The position numbers and the translations under genes are program-made. 64,000 nucleotides of DNA from assembly GCF_009914755.1 (NCBI RefSeq), contig NC_060926.1, one strand, 5' to 3'. The notes under the pieces are model-generated. The model searched no databases and was not told the origin of the DNA. It saw only the letters and a program-made list of their open reading frames with translations. How positions within the stretch are numbered: position 1 is the first letter of the stretch; every line of letters begins with the position of its first letter. This DNA comes from the human T2T-CHM13v2.0 reference genome, Homo sapiens. Shown here piece after piece: positions 42,194-57,420 of the stretch.

Positions 42194-42198
<5 letters not shown>

Positions 42199-42719
42199 TT
42201 GTATGTAAGACATAGAGGAAAAGACCTAAAAGATACAAAATGCTACCTTCCAATTCAACTGTAGCTATTGGCTCTGTCAGTTTTAGCCTTCCAAGTTGTT
42301 TATTTCCATGAGCTCAGACAAATTATACCACTGACTCATGTGCTGCTCCCTGGGTGCAGTGAGAATATTAACCTTTAGAAGGGGCCTTAAAAATGAGAAG
42401 TGTTATATGAATTGATATTTTAGTTGTGTGTTGTGTATAAACTTTTCTGGATATGGCTTGCCATTTGGTTGGGTGCTTATTTTTGGCCACTCAATGTGCA
42501 TACCAATGTGTGTGACTTCATATATGGGAATAAATGTTGGCATTTGGATTATTTTTGGCCAAAGAGTGGGTGAGAAATTAGACACACTCAGGAGCCAAAA
42601 ATAACCAAATGGCAAGCCAATTACATAAATGTTTTCTGGCATACCAAAAAAAATCTGGATTAGTTATCATAAAACAAGAGTTTTAGTTCCAGTTATTATT
42701 ACTATTACTACTACTATTA

Positions 42720-42985
42720 CTTCTGGTGTTATTCCTACTAAAGCCACTAATCTCTATTAGACACTTATGCTTGTTAAATTTATAAAGTTTAACATGAATC
42801 ATTCCATTTACACCAAACACTAATCCTATATATGAAGTGAATATCAGTACTATAAATACATGGATATCAGTCCCACACAAAGACAAGAAAAATTATGCTT
42901 AGAAAGGTTAAGCATCTTAGTAGAGTCACACACAAATAAGTGACAGAGTTGATGAGAACCCAGACATACTGAAATTAAGAATCAG
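42720..42985 (-). mobile_element. MIR
   Basis: atgcttagaaaggttaagcatc...agtcacacacaaataagtgacagagttgatgagaacccagac. Confidence 0.65.
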
Positions 42986-43414
42986 ACAATTCATCTGCAT
43001 GGAAATTCTGCTACTAATATATCATGTGGCCTTGAGCACTCATGAAAAACTTTGCATTTTAGTTTTATCATCTGCAAAATGAAAATGAGTATATGTGCTG
43101 TAGAACATGAGTGTAAGTGCTATAAAAGTAGAAACTGATGGAATGTGTAAAGTGGATGATTACTGAAATATTTTCCCTTTCCTATAAACCTAATAGATCA
43201 TTTATTCTTGCATCTGAGAAAAAAATACTAATGATCAATAGAAGACTACATGAAGGCAGTAACTCTAATATTTTCACGGTATTCTTCAAAGTTTGAATAT
43301 ACATTATAGTTCATTTGAATTCTTTCAAGAATGCCAAGAAATAGGACCTTCAAAGTGCAACATACGGAATATATGTTATAAAATTCTATGTTGTATAAGT
43401 CACACAGATATGGA

Positions 43415-43915
43415 GAATGGAAGAAAACTGGACATCAATCAGCTAAGCACTTTCCACACAAAATCTTGTACATGATTGCTTATAATAGCATTACTCATGA
43501 TTACCAAAAGGTGGAAATAACCCAAATATCCATGAATTGATGAATGGATAAATAATTGCAGTATATTCATACAATGGAATATTATTCAGTATTTAAAATA
43601 AATGAAATACTGATACATGTTACAACATGGATGAACCTTGAAAACACTATACAAATGAAAAAAGCCTAGTCACAAAAGATCACGTATTATATTATTCTAT
43701 TTATATGACATGTCCAGAATTAGCAAAGGAATATGGAGAAAAAGTAGTAGTTGTCTAGGGATTGGGAGAAGGAGAGAGAAGGGATGTCTTTCAGGGGGTT
43801 CCAAATTTGATTATGGTGATGGTTGCACAACTCCGTGAATATACTAAAAATCATTAAATTGTACACATTGAGTAAATCACATTGTGTATGAATTATATCC
43901 TCATAAAACAAATGA
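43415..43915 (+). mobile_element. L1M (MB/ME-like) 3' fragment
   Basis: ccacacaaaatcttgtacatg...ggaaataacccaaatatcc...acaatggaatattattcag...acaacatggatgaaccttgaaaacact...gatggttgcacaactccgtgaatatactaaaa. Confidence 0.9.
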
Positions 43916-44664
43916 AAAGTTCACCACCACCTCCCAAAGAAATACTAGAAAACTTATTTATTTGCAAAATTTTCAACTGTAAAAATTATATGTGTGAATT
44001 CATTAAACACTTATACAGTACAATAAGTTATACATGCATACACACAAATACACACACACACAAACACACACACACACACACAACAATTTTTTTCCTAACT
44101 AGACATTTTGAAAACCAGTTTTAGGACAGGTTGTTGTAAACAAAAGTATTCACGAGGTGGTCAGACCAATTTGAAATTATCCAATTGGCATTTTCACCAT
44201 GTCTCATGCAAATGTATGTCAGAAGATAATAAGATCTCAGAGGACATTTTTTTCTTTCTAGTCAGCTGCATCTACCCAGGCTTAATTTCAATCTATTGCT
44301 CCTCATTATATCCCTTTGGAGAGCCTAATTCCATTCCCCACTTGATGGCCATACCCTCTGTCTAAACCTGAGCATCAGTATACCACATCCTCTGCAGTAA
44401 TCACACCTCGGGACAGCACATTAAAAATTACTTGGAACTCCCAAGGAGCTGACATTATGGACCCTCAGGTTGACAATCTGAAACAATGTCTGGAAGGTTT
44501 TGTTTTGTTTTGTTTTCAGCTTTGCTCTACTATTGAAGTAATGTTTGAAAACGTCATTTGTTAAAATGTTAACAAAGCAAAGTTATATATAACATATATA
44601 GTATATATTTAATTACATATGCAAATGTAATATATATTTTATTTATTATGAATTACACAAACAA

Positions 44665-44702
44665 TGTGTGTGTATATACACACACACACAGAAATGGGCA
44701 GT

Positions 44703-44741
<39 letters not shown>

Positions 44742-44745
44742 TACA
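44665..44745. repeat. Compound (TG)/(CA)n microsatellite
   Basis: Direct reading. Confidence 0.9.
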
Positions 44746-47154
44746 AACCCAGTGAATCCGAATCTGAGTACTGCCCATTTTAATATCATGTCATAATATT
44801 GAAATTAATATACTAAGTGTACATTAGGTTAAAAACAGCTGCTCTTCTAGCACTCTTCTTCAAGAAAAAATACATAGAAGAAATTCATAAAAGTATGTTA
44901 GATGCTAAAATCTAAAATTCAGCAGGGACTTACCGATGGGGTATAATCAAGATTAATCAATACGATGTGCTAGATTTCAGGAGAGGTAAGACACATTCAC
45001 CAAACTATCTTCACATTTTATCTACCTGATTTAAAATACAAAATCTTTCCATGTTAGAACAGGTGTATGAATTTACTAAGAGTATAAGTAGAAACTGCTA
45101 TTAAATTGCTGTGGAAATACTTTTTCATATTTACCTACCTTGTCACAAGATGAATTTTTTAAAAGAATACCTCTGTAACTCACCTCTTGAATAATCCCTT
45201 GTGGTCACAATGGAAAAAATATTTTTTTATTTTGATACTTACTGATACATGTTATGCCTTATTATAGTAACTTAATATATACAATTAAGAAATATATATT
45301 TATATATCTTCCCCTTAATCTTCTTAAAGGAATTTGGTATTATTAATCTACTCTTACCAATAAGGAAACAGAAGGTTGCAGATGTTAGATAATTTGCTTA
45401 TGATTCCGTAGCTACTATGTGACGGAACTTGACTTTGAATGAAATATTATACTTCAAAGGCCATCTATGTTCTTTCAAGCATAGCAGTTGCCTCCACAAA
45501 AGCATTCTGATCATTGAAGAGTCTAAACTCAAGAAACAAAATATGATCGGCTTTAGTTCTTCTAATAATTGTTCTAATCCATACTATTCTGAATCAGCTA
45601 TCATTTGGGAAAGTTCTCTTAATATCTTGGCCCAAAGTTTACAGCTTTTTGGCCATTTCAAATCTCTTCCCTGCTATTCAGTACCACAAGTTAGGGCCTT
45701 TGTTGTTTCCATGTAGAGTAGGAGGGACACAAGCCTAGGTTGGTATATGGTTTGAAGACCTGCTTTTCCCCTTTCTTCTAGGCCCAGCCTCTTCTTAGCC
45801 CTTGGGTGAAGAAGAGGAGAAAAAGGCAAACCTTCCCTTCCTGGACTTGGTGAGCTGCTGTGCTCCACTAGTTAGTTGTGGCTGGCTTACAGCCTGCAAC
45901 GGTTGGCAGGAGAACCCACTGTCTGGTGTCCAAATGATGGTGTTCTGAAATGCACTGCTCATTTCCCTCCAGTGGAAGACTGAATTTCCACTCAACCACT
46001 TTTGCACCTTCTCAGCCAGTAACTCACACTACCAGGGTACCCTCATCCAGTGGGCAGACCTCTTATGTACTAGCACAATGAACTCATGCCCAGCAACTTT
46101 CTGAGATGTCCAATGTATCAATGAGAGATACAGACATCTTCATCTCACAAACAGTGAGTGTACAGGTTACTGCAATGCTGCTACCCTTTTGTCAGCCCTT
46201 TACTGACCAAGCAGGTATCAAATGAAGGAAATACAGTTCCGGTCTCCCTCCTCTGACCATTCTTGCAAATCTTTGTAAATCTTTCTCACAGGGTATCCCT
46301 TTCCAGTTTTGAAAAGGGGATATAGCTTTTCTTCCAGCATATGACATTCACTAAAATGCTATTTGCTCCATTTCTCGGATTATTTTGATTTAGAGAGGAG
46401 GTGGTGGTGGAGGGTCTTGGCTCCTGTCCATGAGCCTGCAGGGGCTGTACTCCACCCTGCTTCCCAGAAGCTCTTAGAAAATGCAGGTCCTGAATATCCA
46501 CTGTCCTCAGTTTGGGGTCTGAGCTAACATTCAGGGACAACAAGCAAAAGCTCATCCCATTTAATTACACTTGAAAATAACACGAGTCCTTTAAGTTGTA
46601 GCCCAAATTTTAAAAAATCAAGCTATCTTTCAAAACGTGCTAACATTCTTGCGTTAACACATTTGATGTTAAAACATTTGGGTCTTGTTCATTGTCTCTT
46701 TGAATAAGCTTTAATAGATATTTCTCACACAAACTACATATAATATAGAGACTGTATGTAATTTCCATTTCATATTTGCAGCAAATGTGACATTTTCCTT
46801 TATTGCACACCTCTTATTTCTTCATTCTCAACTCTTTGAACTCTGAAAGCCCAAGCCTTAAGTCAAAAAAGTATGAGAATCCATGTCCACACTTTAAAAA
46901 GGACCAAGAACACAAGGTTGTGAACTACTCTAAACACTGAAAGAACAATTTAAGTATTTCTATAGCCTTCACCCCTGGAGTACTCCACTTCTTTGATAAA
47001 GTGACTATTTTTGCAAAAAGTCTAGTGAAGTTCATGAGTTTCACTTCTCTCAGGTTGAGAGAATGAGTTAACTTGGACTCTAGCGTTCATTATAAACACT
47101 AGAGATTTAATATATGGCCAAATGCCAGAGAGTCTAATTCAAGGCATTAACATA

Positions 47155-47360
47155 AAATAATAACAGTTACCATTTATGCAATACTTGTGGTGCACTAGCA
47201 CTATGCTAGGCCCTTCACAGGCCTAGTTTCAGGATTACAGTCTAACTCCATGACGTGGGTAGTATTGGAGCCTTCATTTTACAAACGAGAAGACTGAGGT
47301 TGAGGAATTAAGTAGCCCAAAACTGTAAAGGTGGAAATAATTGGGGCCAAAATTCAAGTT
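47155..47360 (-). mobile_element. MIR
   Basis: aataataacagttaccatttatgcaatacttg...cattttacaaacgagaagactgagg...ttaagtagcccaa. Confidence 0.8.
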
Positions 47361-50300
47361 TATCAGTTCAAAATAGTTTTTGAAAATCTACCATATCCAT
47401 GGCATAGGTACTTAAATAAAACAAACAAAATTATACCCTTTGAGAATTTCTATTTGGTTCTGTCACAACACAGTGCCTACATTCTTACAACTAAAGTATG
47501 TATGTAAATAAGACATGTTTCAATAAAAACACGGAAAACATTTAACAGATATCTGATTTATTTTCATTAAACAAATAATAGATATAACTTGGTGTTTTCA
47601 AATTATTTACACTTGTTGCAATAAAAAATAAAATGAGAAATGTCATAGATTTAAATCTCAGTTGTACTTAAAGCCTCTGCAATAATTCACTTTGTAACCA
47701 CTGTATATATTTATTAATGAAGTATTAAAAAATAATTGTGCTATACTATATATGTACTGCTCTATGTATTAACGATAATGCTGTATTAGTGATCTTATTA
47801 ATGCTGTTTATCTCTCAACTCTCTAACAGTATATTTTCCATTCAAAACCAAAATTATAATTACTTGGGTAAATATTATCATTTACAGGCAAATAATAAGA
47901 ATTTGAAGAAAATCAAAACAGAATTGGTCCAGTCAAGCCCAGGCAATGAGACCCAATCACAAATTCGTGCATAAACTTTTGCCTAAAGAATAGCCTTGTT
48001 TTGTTTTCTCCTTGTATCCAATCTTAAAAGTGTTTTAATGAAGATTTGAATATTAAGAATTCATTATAAAAATAACAACTCATCATCGCACTGTGTTTGG
48101 TTTATTCAAAAAACTCTAAAGTTATTAATTTCAGCTTCCTAATTAGAATAATCCAATTTTAATCTACTGGCATTTTTGGAGATGAATGGATTGGTGGTGC
48201 ATTATTCTAAAAGTTAAATCTCATTAATATTTAATTGCACCCACATTCACAGGTATTAATTAGAAGTGTTTTATGAGTCATAGCTATTATTGGAAAATCA
48301 GGTACAATTTTATAATTAGCATAAAATGAACTGTAATTTTGAATAATCACTGATAGTGATCATTTAGTAGACCTTGTGAGATTATTAAACTTGTTGATCC
48401 ATATAATAATTTATATGTAGACTGCATATCACCATTATAGTGATACTTTTGAGACAATTAAAAATAACATTCCCTTTCAGCCAAGCAGGAACACATATTT
48501 CATTGTTGTTTTGACTATGAATAAAAACCCTTTCTGCTGAATACATTTTAAAGCAGTAGTAGAAAATAGATAATGTACTAGTTATGAAATTGAATAAAGC
48601 ACAATCAAAACTATAATTTTATTGATATTTATATATTATTATATGTTTATATCAAGATCTTTCAAATAAAAGATATATTTAGCTTTTAAAAAATAAAATT
48701 ACTTTCAGATACATAAGACTTGCACTTTGCTCAAACACACACTATTTAAGTGGTTTAATCAAGTCTAAATAATGGATAGTTACTAGAAATTCCCAAACAA
48801 CAAAATGACACAGTGATATATAAGTTAAGTTCTATTAAAGAGAAAGCTTTTGAATAATCTCTATCCATTTTTCTGGCTTTCATAATAAAATGTGGACATA
48901 CCAAACTGACTTGAAAAAAATTTAAAAGTGGCCACTAGATTCAAGGGAAACTTTATTTTAGGAGAAAACTTGTTGAGGGAAGTTCCTCTTATACCTTATG
49001 TAAGAAAGCCCAATATAAGAATTAACCATAGGAACTGCTGAAAAACCTCCCCTTAAATGGGTAGATGGGTTCAGTGAAAAACACACATGCACACATACAT
49101 ATACACATATACATATGTTATATTTATATCATTTTGATATCATGCTTTGAGTATCTGTATCCTAAATTTAATAGAACATTGAAAATAAGAATCCAAAATA
49201 GTACTTAATAATCAACTATTTGTTCTTAAGATGAAAATATTCATAGTCCCTAAAAGATGATTAAATTCCTATATCAACAGACTATTAATTTGAATTATAA
49301 ACCTTGTAATTTTCATATTAAATGATAATAAGACAAATATAATATGCCTGTGATTTCCATTATAACAGCAAAAGAAATGTGATGATTCAATAATCAAATA
49401 TTTTCATATATACTGGAGTCTATAAAGCATTTCATATAGGTAAACTTGAATGAAACCTAATATTATATACTAAATACTAAGGAAATATCGTCATAATGAA
49501 GGTTAAAGTTTAGAGATAACTAAAAACAACAGTATAGTATATTCTGTAGGCAAATGTTTAATGTATCAATTATACATATTACACTCTTGGTTATAAATAC
49601 TAAATATCTCTTAGTCAACCAGACTCCATTTGATGTGTAATAATTTTGCCTCATCAAGAAGAAGACGGTAAAAAAAGAACAGGAAATAAGTGTTCTTCGT
49701 TCATTTAATACATATAATTGACAATTTCAGGAATATGCTGTAATGTACTCTACATAAATCTTGCATTTCCTTTGGCTCATTCATGGGAGCAAATCAATAT
49801 GAATTCCTAATACATCTTAAGAGCTACACTAGACAGAAAATTTTTGCTTATTGGCAAACTAAATCCACTATATATTCACTATTAAAGTTTCCTGTCCTTA
49901 AAACTGTCCCCTCAGGATTTAATTTAAAAGCATGGGATTCACTGAATATGAAGTATATTTTTCCAAATTTATAATTGAAAAACAAAGTTTGTGAGTCATC
50001 TTTTTTCAGTTTTAAATTCTACTAACTTCTTTATAAATGTCACAGAAACTCTCAGAAGTAGAAAATCAACAAGATAAGCAGTTTCATGGTAGTGAAAAAA
50101 ATATGCTTTGAATTTGCAAAAAAAAAAAAAAAATGGGTTTGCCTAGAAAAGATATCAACACTTTAATTCCACAGATTATTTCACCCATTAAGTTAGCATT
50201 CCCTCTTCACCTATATGGCTAATATTAAAGGCCTGTGTGTGACCCTACAACTTAAGTCTTGTAAGAGCATCGATTTGAGTCTGGTTTTTTTTTTCTCTCT

Positions 50301-51004
50301 TCTATACACAGCCTCCAGGAAAGTCCCCAAACTTAGAAGTTTTTGATAAATAACTGTTAACTGAATAAATGGCAAAGTTTGTCATTTATATGTTTATTTA
50401 AATCTGTAGCCTCAAAATTGGTAAAAGAAGTTGAAGGTGGTTTGGGACATTACAGTTCCTTTATCTGAGTGAACGAGGCAGAGGAGGAGCATTCTTAGGA
50501 AACAAATAAACCAAAAATATTACTCAGGTCAGCTTGAAAGAAAAACCAAGGGAAAGGAATAAGATGCCTTTGTCAATCACACACAGCCCCTTTAACCTTT
50601 CACAGTTTGCTTGCATTATATGAAACTTCAAGGTTAAATGCAAGACAAATGTGAACTGATATTTCTGCAAGGGTCAGGTAGGTACCAGTTGCAAGTCATT
50701 ATGATTGCAAAGTGGTTCTTCATCATGAGAATTTCCAAACTGCAAGAATATGCCTGCAGGCTTTAGTATGGGAAACACTCATTAAAGTAGTAATAAAAAT
50801 ATCACCTTTGAAATTGTTTCCCAGTTTCTAATTCCCCTAAGATGTGTTCTGTCTTCATAATTGCTCATAGAAATTAACATTGGTACCATGGCAGACAGGA
50901 GCTGGTTGTTGTCTTTGACATTAGGAGGGTGCTGCACATTCTGGAGATCCCAAGAGCTTTAATTTGAGAAACAGTGGTCAAGTGAACGAGGTGAGATAAT
51001 ATCT

Positions 51005-51130
51005 TTATTCATTCAACAAATATAAAATGAACATTTACAATAAGCTAGGCACGGTTTTAGGTGCTGGATATACAGAAGTGAACCAGACAGACATAATAAG
51101 TTCCTCACTTATACAGTTTGCATTCTAATG
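51005..51130 (-). mobile_element. L2 3' end
   Basis: ttattcattcaacaaata...ctaggcacggttttaggtgctggatatacagaagtgaaccagacagac. Confidence 0.85.
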
Positions 51131-53891
51131 ATACTTTAAATATTGAATACATTTTATAGAATGAAGGAATAAAAGCTATGTGACTAAGGATATAAGAAAA
51201 GACAGGAAAGAAAAAATTGGGATGAATATATTGTTTGTAAAAACAATGGCACTATGGATTGTATGTGAACTTCAGCTTGTGAATTTCTGCTATAATTGAT
51301 TTTCCTATACAACATAATAGAATGATAAGACTGTATAATGGATCTGGAAGTTTCGTTAGTCCAGGCAGCCCTCTGATGCTTAATCTTTCCACACTCTACA
51401 CAAAGGAACTTGTAATACTCATGACCTCTTGAGGTAGCCCATTCCATTTCTAACCCACCGAAATTTTTAGGTATTTCTAGTCAATTAATTATCATGCCTC
51501 CTCGAGTCATTAGCTAGTGGTTCAAAGAATCTTGTTTGGACTCCTAACCAAGAATTCTAATCACTTTTAATTTCTTTGATGATTTTATAATTTAACTTGG
51601 TTTCAACTTTTTTCATCAACTTCTTGTTCAACTCTGAAGGTATTCCATTTAAAAAGTGTGACAAGCAGAGCACTCCACAAACCCCAGCAGAGTCACCACT
51701 GCAGCTAAGAGGAATTCACCACATCCATCTTTCTAAATATTAATGCATCCTAAAATTGATTAGTTTTACTTGGCAACTTCGTAAAACTATTGACTTACAT
51801 TAAGTTTATGCTGATTACTAAATTGTAACAGTTTATTTAGTTGTTGTTTATTTTGTGCTTTACTTAAATGTGTCCCTCAGTTTTAGAGTTGTCAGTCTTA
51901 TGTTCTTGGATTTGATACTTCATTCTAGCTTGGGATACTCATATTAGTCATAACTTTGATTTTCAGCTTATCTACATACTGAGTAACAATATCTTCTTTT
52001 ATTTTAATTCAAGATATTGGATAATTTTCATCAGGCCAGGGCAAGGATAAAGCCCTGTAGGAAGAACTAGCAATCTCACTCTGTGATCACAATTCCTGAA
52101 CATATCCAGTAATTGTCCCTAAATGGGAAAGTCTTTAGCATACGTCTTTCTCTTTTTCAAGTAGATTGCATAAAATATGTATCAGCAAATCTCTAATGCT
52201 AAATATTTTCGGTTCCTTCTAATCCAATCAGCAACTCTATATTCCATACTTTCAGCATTTAATGAGTAAATTACCAAATAATTTGGGTCATTTTTGTCCA
52301 GGTAGAGACTGATGTCAACATTAGTATGACTAATGTAAGCAACAGAAACAATATTAATTCCAGCAGGTACAGAAAAAAATCTACTGCCTAGTTATAAAAC
52401 AGAATTTTAAGATAATTCAAATATAGTCTGTATTCTAGCTACTTTCAACTCTTAAATAGAGAGCTTGACTTCTGATTTTTCTAAGGAGTTTACTGATAAT
52501 TTCTCTCTAGATTTCATGCAGAAGTCATAACATATCCTACATTTTATTTTTTAAGTGACTATAAGATAATGAAACTGCTTTCTTGTATGATTTTTGGAAA
52601 CCACATAGCTCTGTATTGCACCATGATGACTTCAATGTTTCAAAGTACATTCACATCCTGTTTCATTCGATCTTCAGAATAATTCTATAAGGTGGATAGG
52701 AAAGTATTATTATCTCGACTTTATAAACTGATGCAGGGTAAAATAAAATATGTAGCATCTCTAGGACTCAGCTCACTTTAATATAGCTAGGTCCCTGATT
52801 TGCAGCCACATTATTACCTGAATTGTACATATCACAGAAATGAGACAGATGGCGGCAACCCTCACAAAATTCATTTTAGATAATATGTTATTTATCTAAT
52901 TACCTTCCTATTCCTCTGAGAGTTGAATTATTTTATCTGATACAGACTTCCTTTACGTTTTCTTATAATGGCATTAATGCCCCTTTACATTCCACCTCCA
53001 TTCTAATCCTACTCCCATTCTCCTGATTAATGTGCTCCTGTCTTTCTTGTATTGCATTAAAAGAAAAAGGTTATTATAAGGCTCTGAAGGTAAAGAATGT
53101 TACATCCTTATTACACCCCTGGGGCACATTTTAAAATAAAGGCCTATTATAAATAAATACTATATGTTATGTGTCAGTGCGATTCTTAAAGCTCAACAAA
53201 TGAATCCAATTCATATTAACATGACCTGCTACCAAGTATAAATATTACAGCTTCCTGTGTCTAACATTGTCTCAATCAAATATTACTGGGTGAAAACATT
53301 TAATTTATAAATAAAAATACAGTAAAAAAGTAATGAGATTGAAATCAGAAAACCTAAACTCTGATCATTGCTTATCCTTTTATTAGTCATGCCATTTATC
53401 CACAGGCCTTAATTTTCTTATTCATGAAATATGCACAGTAAAAAGAATTTCTGTACCTTTTGAAGTTGTTTTAAAAAGATTATGTGTATAATGCTATTAA
53501 CTTTAAAACAATATTTAAAATAAGACATCATGATATTAATAATAATATTAAAAAATCAGGACAATCTAAATTAAGGAATTATTGTTAAATAGTCAAACTT
53601 CTGCAGAGCAGGCAATTATTTTTATCCATTCTTCAGCTCAACAACATGTATCTCATGCTTTGCCCAACCATATAGCCTTATGCAAAGTGAATTCTCCAAA
53701 GAAAATTTAAGCAAGTACATAATTGGCATTTTTCAGCTGATTTCACAACTGAATGTGGTTAAACCTCATATTCAGTTGGTGACATTGGTTAAATATTTCA
53801 AGGAACTAAATATGCTTATAAGTAGATAAAGAATGGAGGGAGTGAAGCAAAGAAAAGATGGTGTCAGAAAAGTTATTTTTAAAATACTTTG

Positions 53892-54062
53892 GGCCTGATA
53901 CAGTGGCTCATGTCTGTAATCCTAACACTTAGGGAGGCTGAGGCAGGAAGAATGCTGGATGCCAGGAGTTTGAGGCTGCAGTGAGCTATGATCCCACCAC
54001 GGCACCCCAGCCTGGGTGACAGAGCAGAACTCCATCTCAAAAATAAATAATTAAATTAAATT
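53892..54062 (+). mobile_element. Alu monomer (FRAM/FAM-like)
   Basis: Single arm: cagtggctcatgtctgtaatcc...ggagtttgaggctgcagtgagctatgat...ccatctcaaaa; TSD approximately AAATACTT. Confidence 0.88.
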
Positions 54063-57000
54063 AAATACTTCAGTGTCAAATGAGTTAATTATCTCAAATG
54101 TTTATAAACATCTTAATGTTTATAATTTTAAGATACTTGTTATTGTTTTTTCAAACTTAATGCTCTACTTTGAAAGAGCAACACAGTATGAGAAGAAGGG
54201 TTCAATTTAAGATATTTGATTTTGAAGTTGAATGAGGATACTGTATTTAAAGGCATTGAGCCATACCTCTGAAGTATTTACCAATCGGATTTTGAAAACA
54301 GAATTATTACTTCCTTTGAACCACTTTTAATTTTCATTACACCAAATGAAGAGATTCTACAAGATCTACATTTTTCAAATAATGGAAGTGAGCAGAGACT
54401 GAGACATGCCAACAGATAGAGTTTTTTCTTTCTTATTTTTCTGTTTTCAAGCCATTATTTAAAAAAAAAATCAGAGTGCTTTATTGAGCTTAGAAAGACA
54501 CAGCCTTAGGGAACAAAATGACTACACTAATTTTCTGCATATGCTAGTTGGGTGGAAAGTTCAACACAAGTTTTAATGATCAATGATGCCACGTTAGCAC
54601 ACTTTCAAAAAGTGGATTTCAGATTTGGGTGTGATTCCAAACATGCACCTGCCATCCTCAAAGCAGAGAATTCAGGTCCAGAATAATCACAAGTTCTAAA
54701 TTATACACAGTGTGTTGTGAAATATCATTATTATTTTTAGAAAGTGAAAAAATATCTGTGATAGAACCTATTTAATGTTTTGTCAGCCTCCACAGATGTG
54801 GCTAAAAACAGCTTCCCAGTAATACTTTCAAGGGTCAAAAGCAATGACCTTGTCATGTTTCTGTGATCGTGGTAAAACACCTGGGTCAAGACACTAGTGA
54901 AGATTAATAAGGTAATTATAAAGGAATCAGAAATGTTATTGTAGCAAAGCAGATGTAGCAAAAACAGCACCTCCTAATACTATTGGTATTGTCCTCAACT
55001 TTTTTCCCAATCCTTGATTATGAGGACCAAAATAAATATGTTTTACATAATAAAATTTGCTATTATTAAGAATAACAAAGACTATTTAAAAAGCAGTAGA
55101 CTTATTCTCAATCACATCTTTAAAAATCACCTTTGAACAGGATGTTCAACATGCATATCAGAGCTGTGGGAGAATATAAAGCATGACCCCATATACCATT
55201 GTTATTGCTGTATCTGTGCCCATTGACAGTTGAGAAACTAAGTGATTAGAAAAGACAAAGCTTAAAAAAACGTAAACTTATTGGACCTTCTTTTATCTGG
55301 CTGGATCTATAATTACATGCTTTAAAACTCTCTAGGTATGTAGTTTTTTTTAAACCCTATAAGTAGGGGTTCAACTTTCAATTTAGATCATGTTTCAGAA
55401 ATGCCTAAAGAGATGGACAGACCGAATTATAACAGGGGACCTAAAGAAACAGTCCTAGGAAAGCGTGCATTCTGTGGGTCTGTGGAGCAAGTCTGTCAAC
55501 AGAACGCCTGGTTGAAGGTCATCTTTCCAACCCAGAGTCCTATGCAGAAAGAAACTTAACAGCAAAGCTTTAGACTCTTACTTGAAGTCTCTCTGCAGTA
55601 TGACATCACTTGCATACTTATTAAAATATTTTTGCCACTTCTCTTTTCATCTAACTTATTGTTATTGAAAAACTAGATAAGATATTTCCCATTTAGCCAT
55701 TCATCCAGAAAACATTTACTGATGCCTAGTAATGGCTATGTTAAAAGGCACATAATTAGCCAGACACACCATGTTGTATCTCAATTTAGCTCATTATTTC
55801 TGATGGCCTCCTTTGTTTTCTTCTGTTTGGCACACTCCTCTCCCATACATACCTGAACTACCTCCTCTGCAAAGGTGCTCCTGAGGCATCAAGGCAAAAT
55901 TCACTCTTCTTTCTTATATGCTACTATTATAAATTTCAGTGCTTCCATTATTGTCTTTACATCATTTTATTAAAATTATTTCTTCAAAAGTCTTAATGGA
56001 GAGTTTTCACTATTCAAGTTTATTGAAGCATATGCAATATCTCATCCACATTTCTATCCCAAGAAGCTAACAAGGTTCTGTTCACTTTAAAGCCCTCAAG
56101 AAGTGATTCATGAATGAACGAAAAACTTTCCACCTTCAGTGGGAATTGGGTGACAGTTAGCTCCCAGACACGTTTTTGAAGAGATCTACCAGCTCTTAGT
56201 ATGAATACCATCCTTTCTGACAAATGGTGATGATTCTCTCAAAATGGAAGAATATCTCTCACATTCTACTGGAGATTTGAATGTGTTCTCCTTAAAGTTA
56301 GCACCTTCTTTTTTTTTTTTTTTTCTTTCTCAGAATCTAAACGTCTTTGGTAAACTTCATATTTAGCCACAGTGATTATAGCCCCCTCCCCACCACATAC
56401 CCACGGTTTTGGAGAAAAATAAGTTTGTTTATCTTGGAGTCTAAGACAGAATCTAAACTTTCAGCAAGGCCATAGCTTATATAACAGCATTACTCATTTA
56501 CTTTTTTAAATTAGAGTATCTTTAGTCTTTGATTAGGGGTTGGAATACAAGTGAGCCTCTAAGGGAAATAACTGCCTTTCCAGGTCCTGAAACTTATCTG
56601 AGATAGAAAAACTTCAACTTTGTACCCAGTGACATTTTAGTTAAATATAATTTAAGATTCTATGGATTCCTGTTATACATATGCAAAACAAAGTAAAGGT
56701 GTCCTTTCCAAAAATATTCACTTTTATTCCATATTGTTTAAATAGTTTTCAAGAGAGATATTCCAATAGCCTTTATTTTTTTTTCTTCTCTATTGCCAAT
56801 GGATTTAAATGTTTGCTTCATTGTGGCATTCCAAACACACAAAACTCCAGTGGCTATGGGTTTTATTCCTTTGAGTGAATAGTTATCGTACTTCAAAGAC
56901 TGCTTTGGATTTTAAGTTAGGGTGACCTGTTTTCATTATATTCAAACAGGCTTTGATCCATTTCTCAATTAGGTATTGCAGATGACAAACAGGTACGTCT

Positions 57001-57420
57001 AGCTTTCCTGCCATCTAAATTACCCTAGAATTCTATGAAGATGATAATTTGTTCTGTGAGTACACTACTTCTATGTGTTATCCACACAAATTTCATTATT
57101 TCAAGTATTGTCTTTTTATGTATCTCTTTTGTGGGGAGACTAATATTCCAATACAAAACTGTGTTCTGTTTTGGGGAAAAAAAAAAAAGAGCTCTTAGAC
57201 AGTCAGAACATGAGAAGTTTACCAAAAATAATTTGTCCTCAAGTCTAGTTGATAAAAAGGCCCTATGAGGTTAGATTTATACAATTTTATTGGCAATGAC
57301 AAAATCTAGAATAAAATATATAATTATTGAGGTACTTACATTTTTAGTATAAACTGGAATAACAAACACATCAACTTTACAAACCTCTCATACTAGTGTC
57401 TCACTTTAAAGATATTTTTA

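Noticed and set aside
55403-55559. Short ORF MPKEMDRPNYNRGPKETVLG... (about 52 aa)
   Set aside because: Length expected by chance; no recognisable homology or downstream splice support.
56334-56349. Possible 16-nt micro-exon after a long T tract
   Set aside because: Weak donor (GTAAAC), not frame-preserving, and T tracts followed by AG are common.
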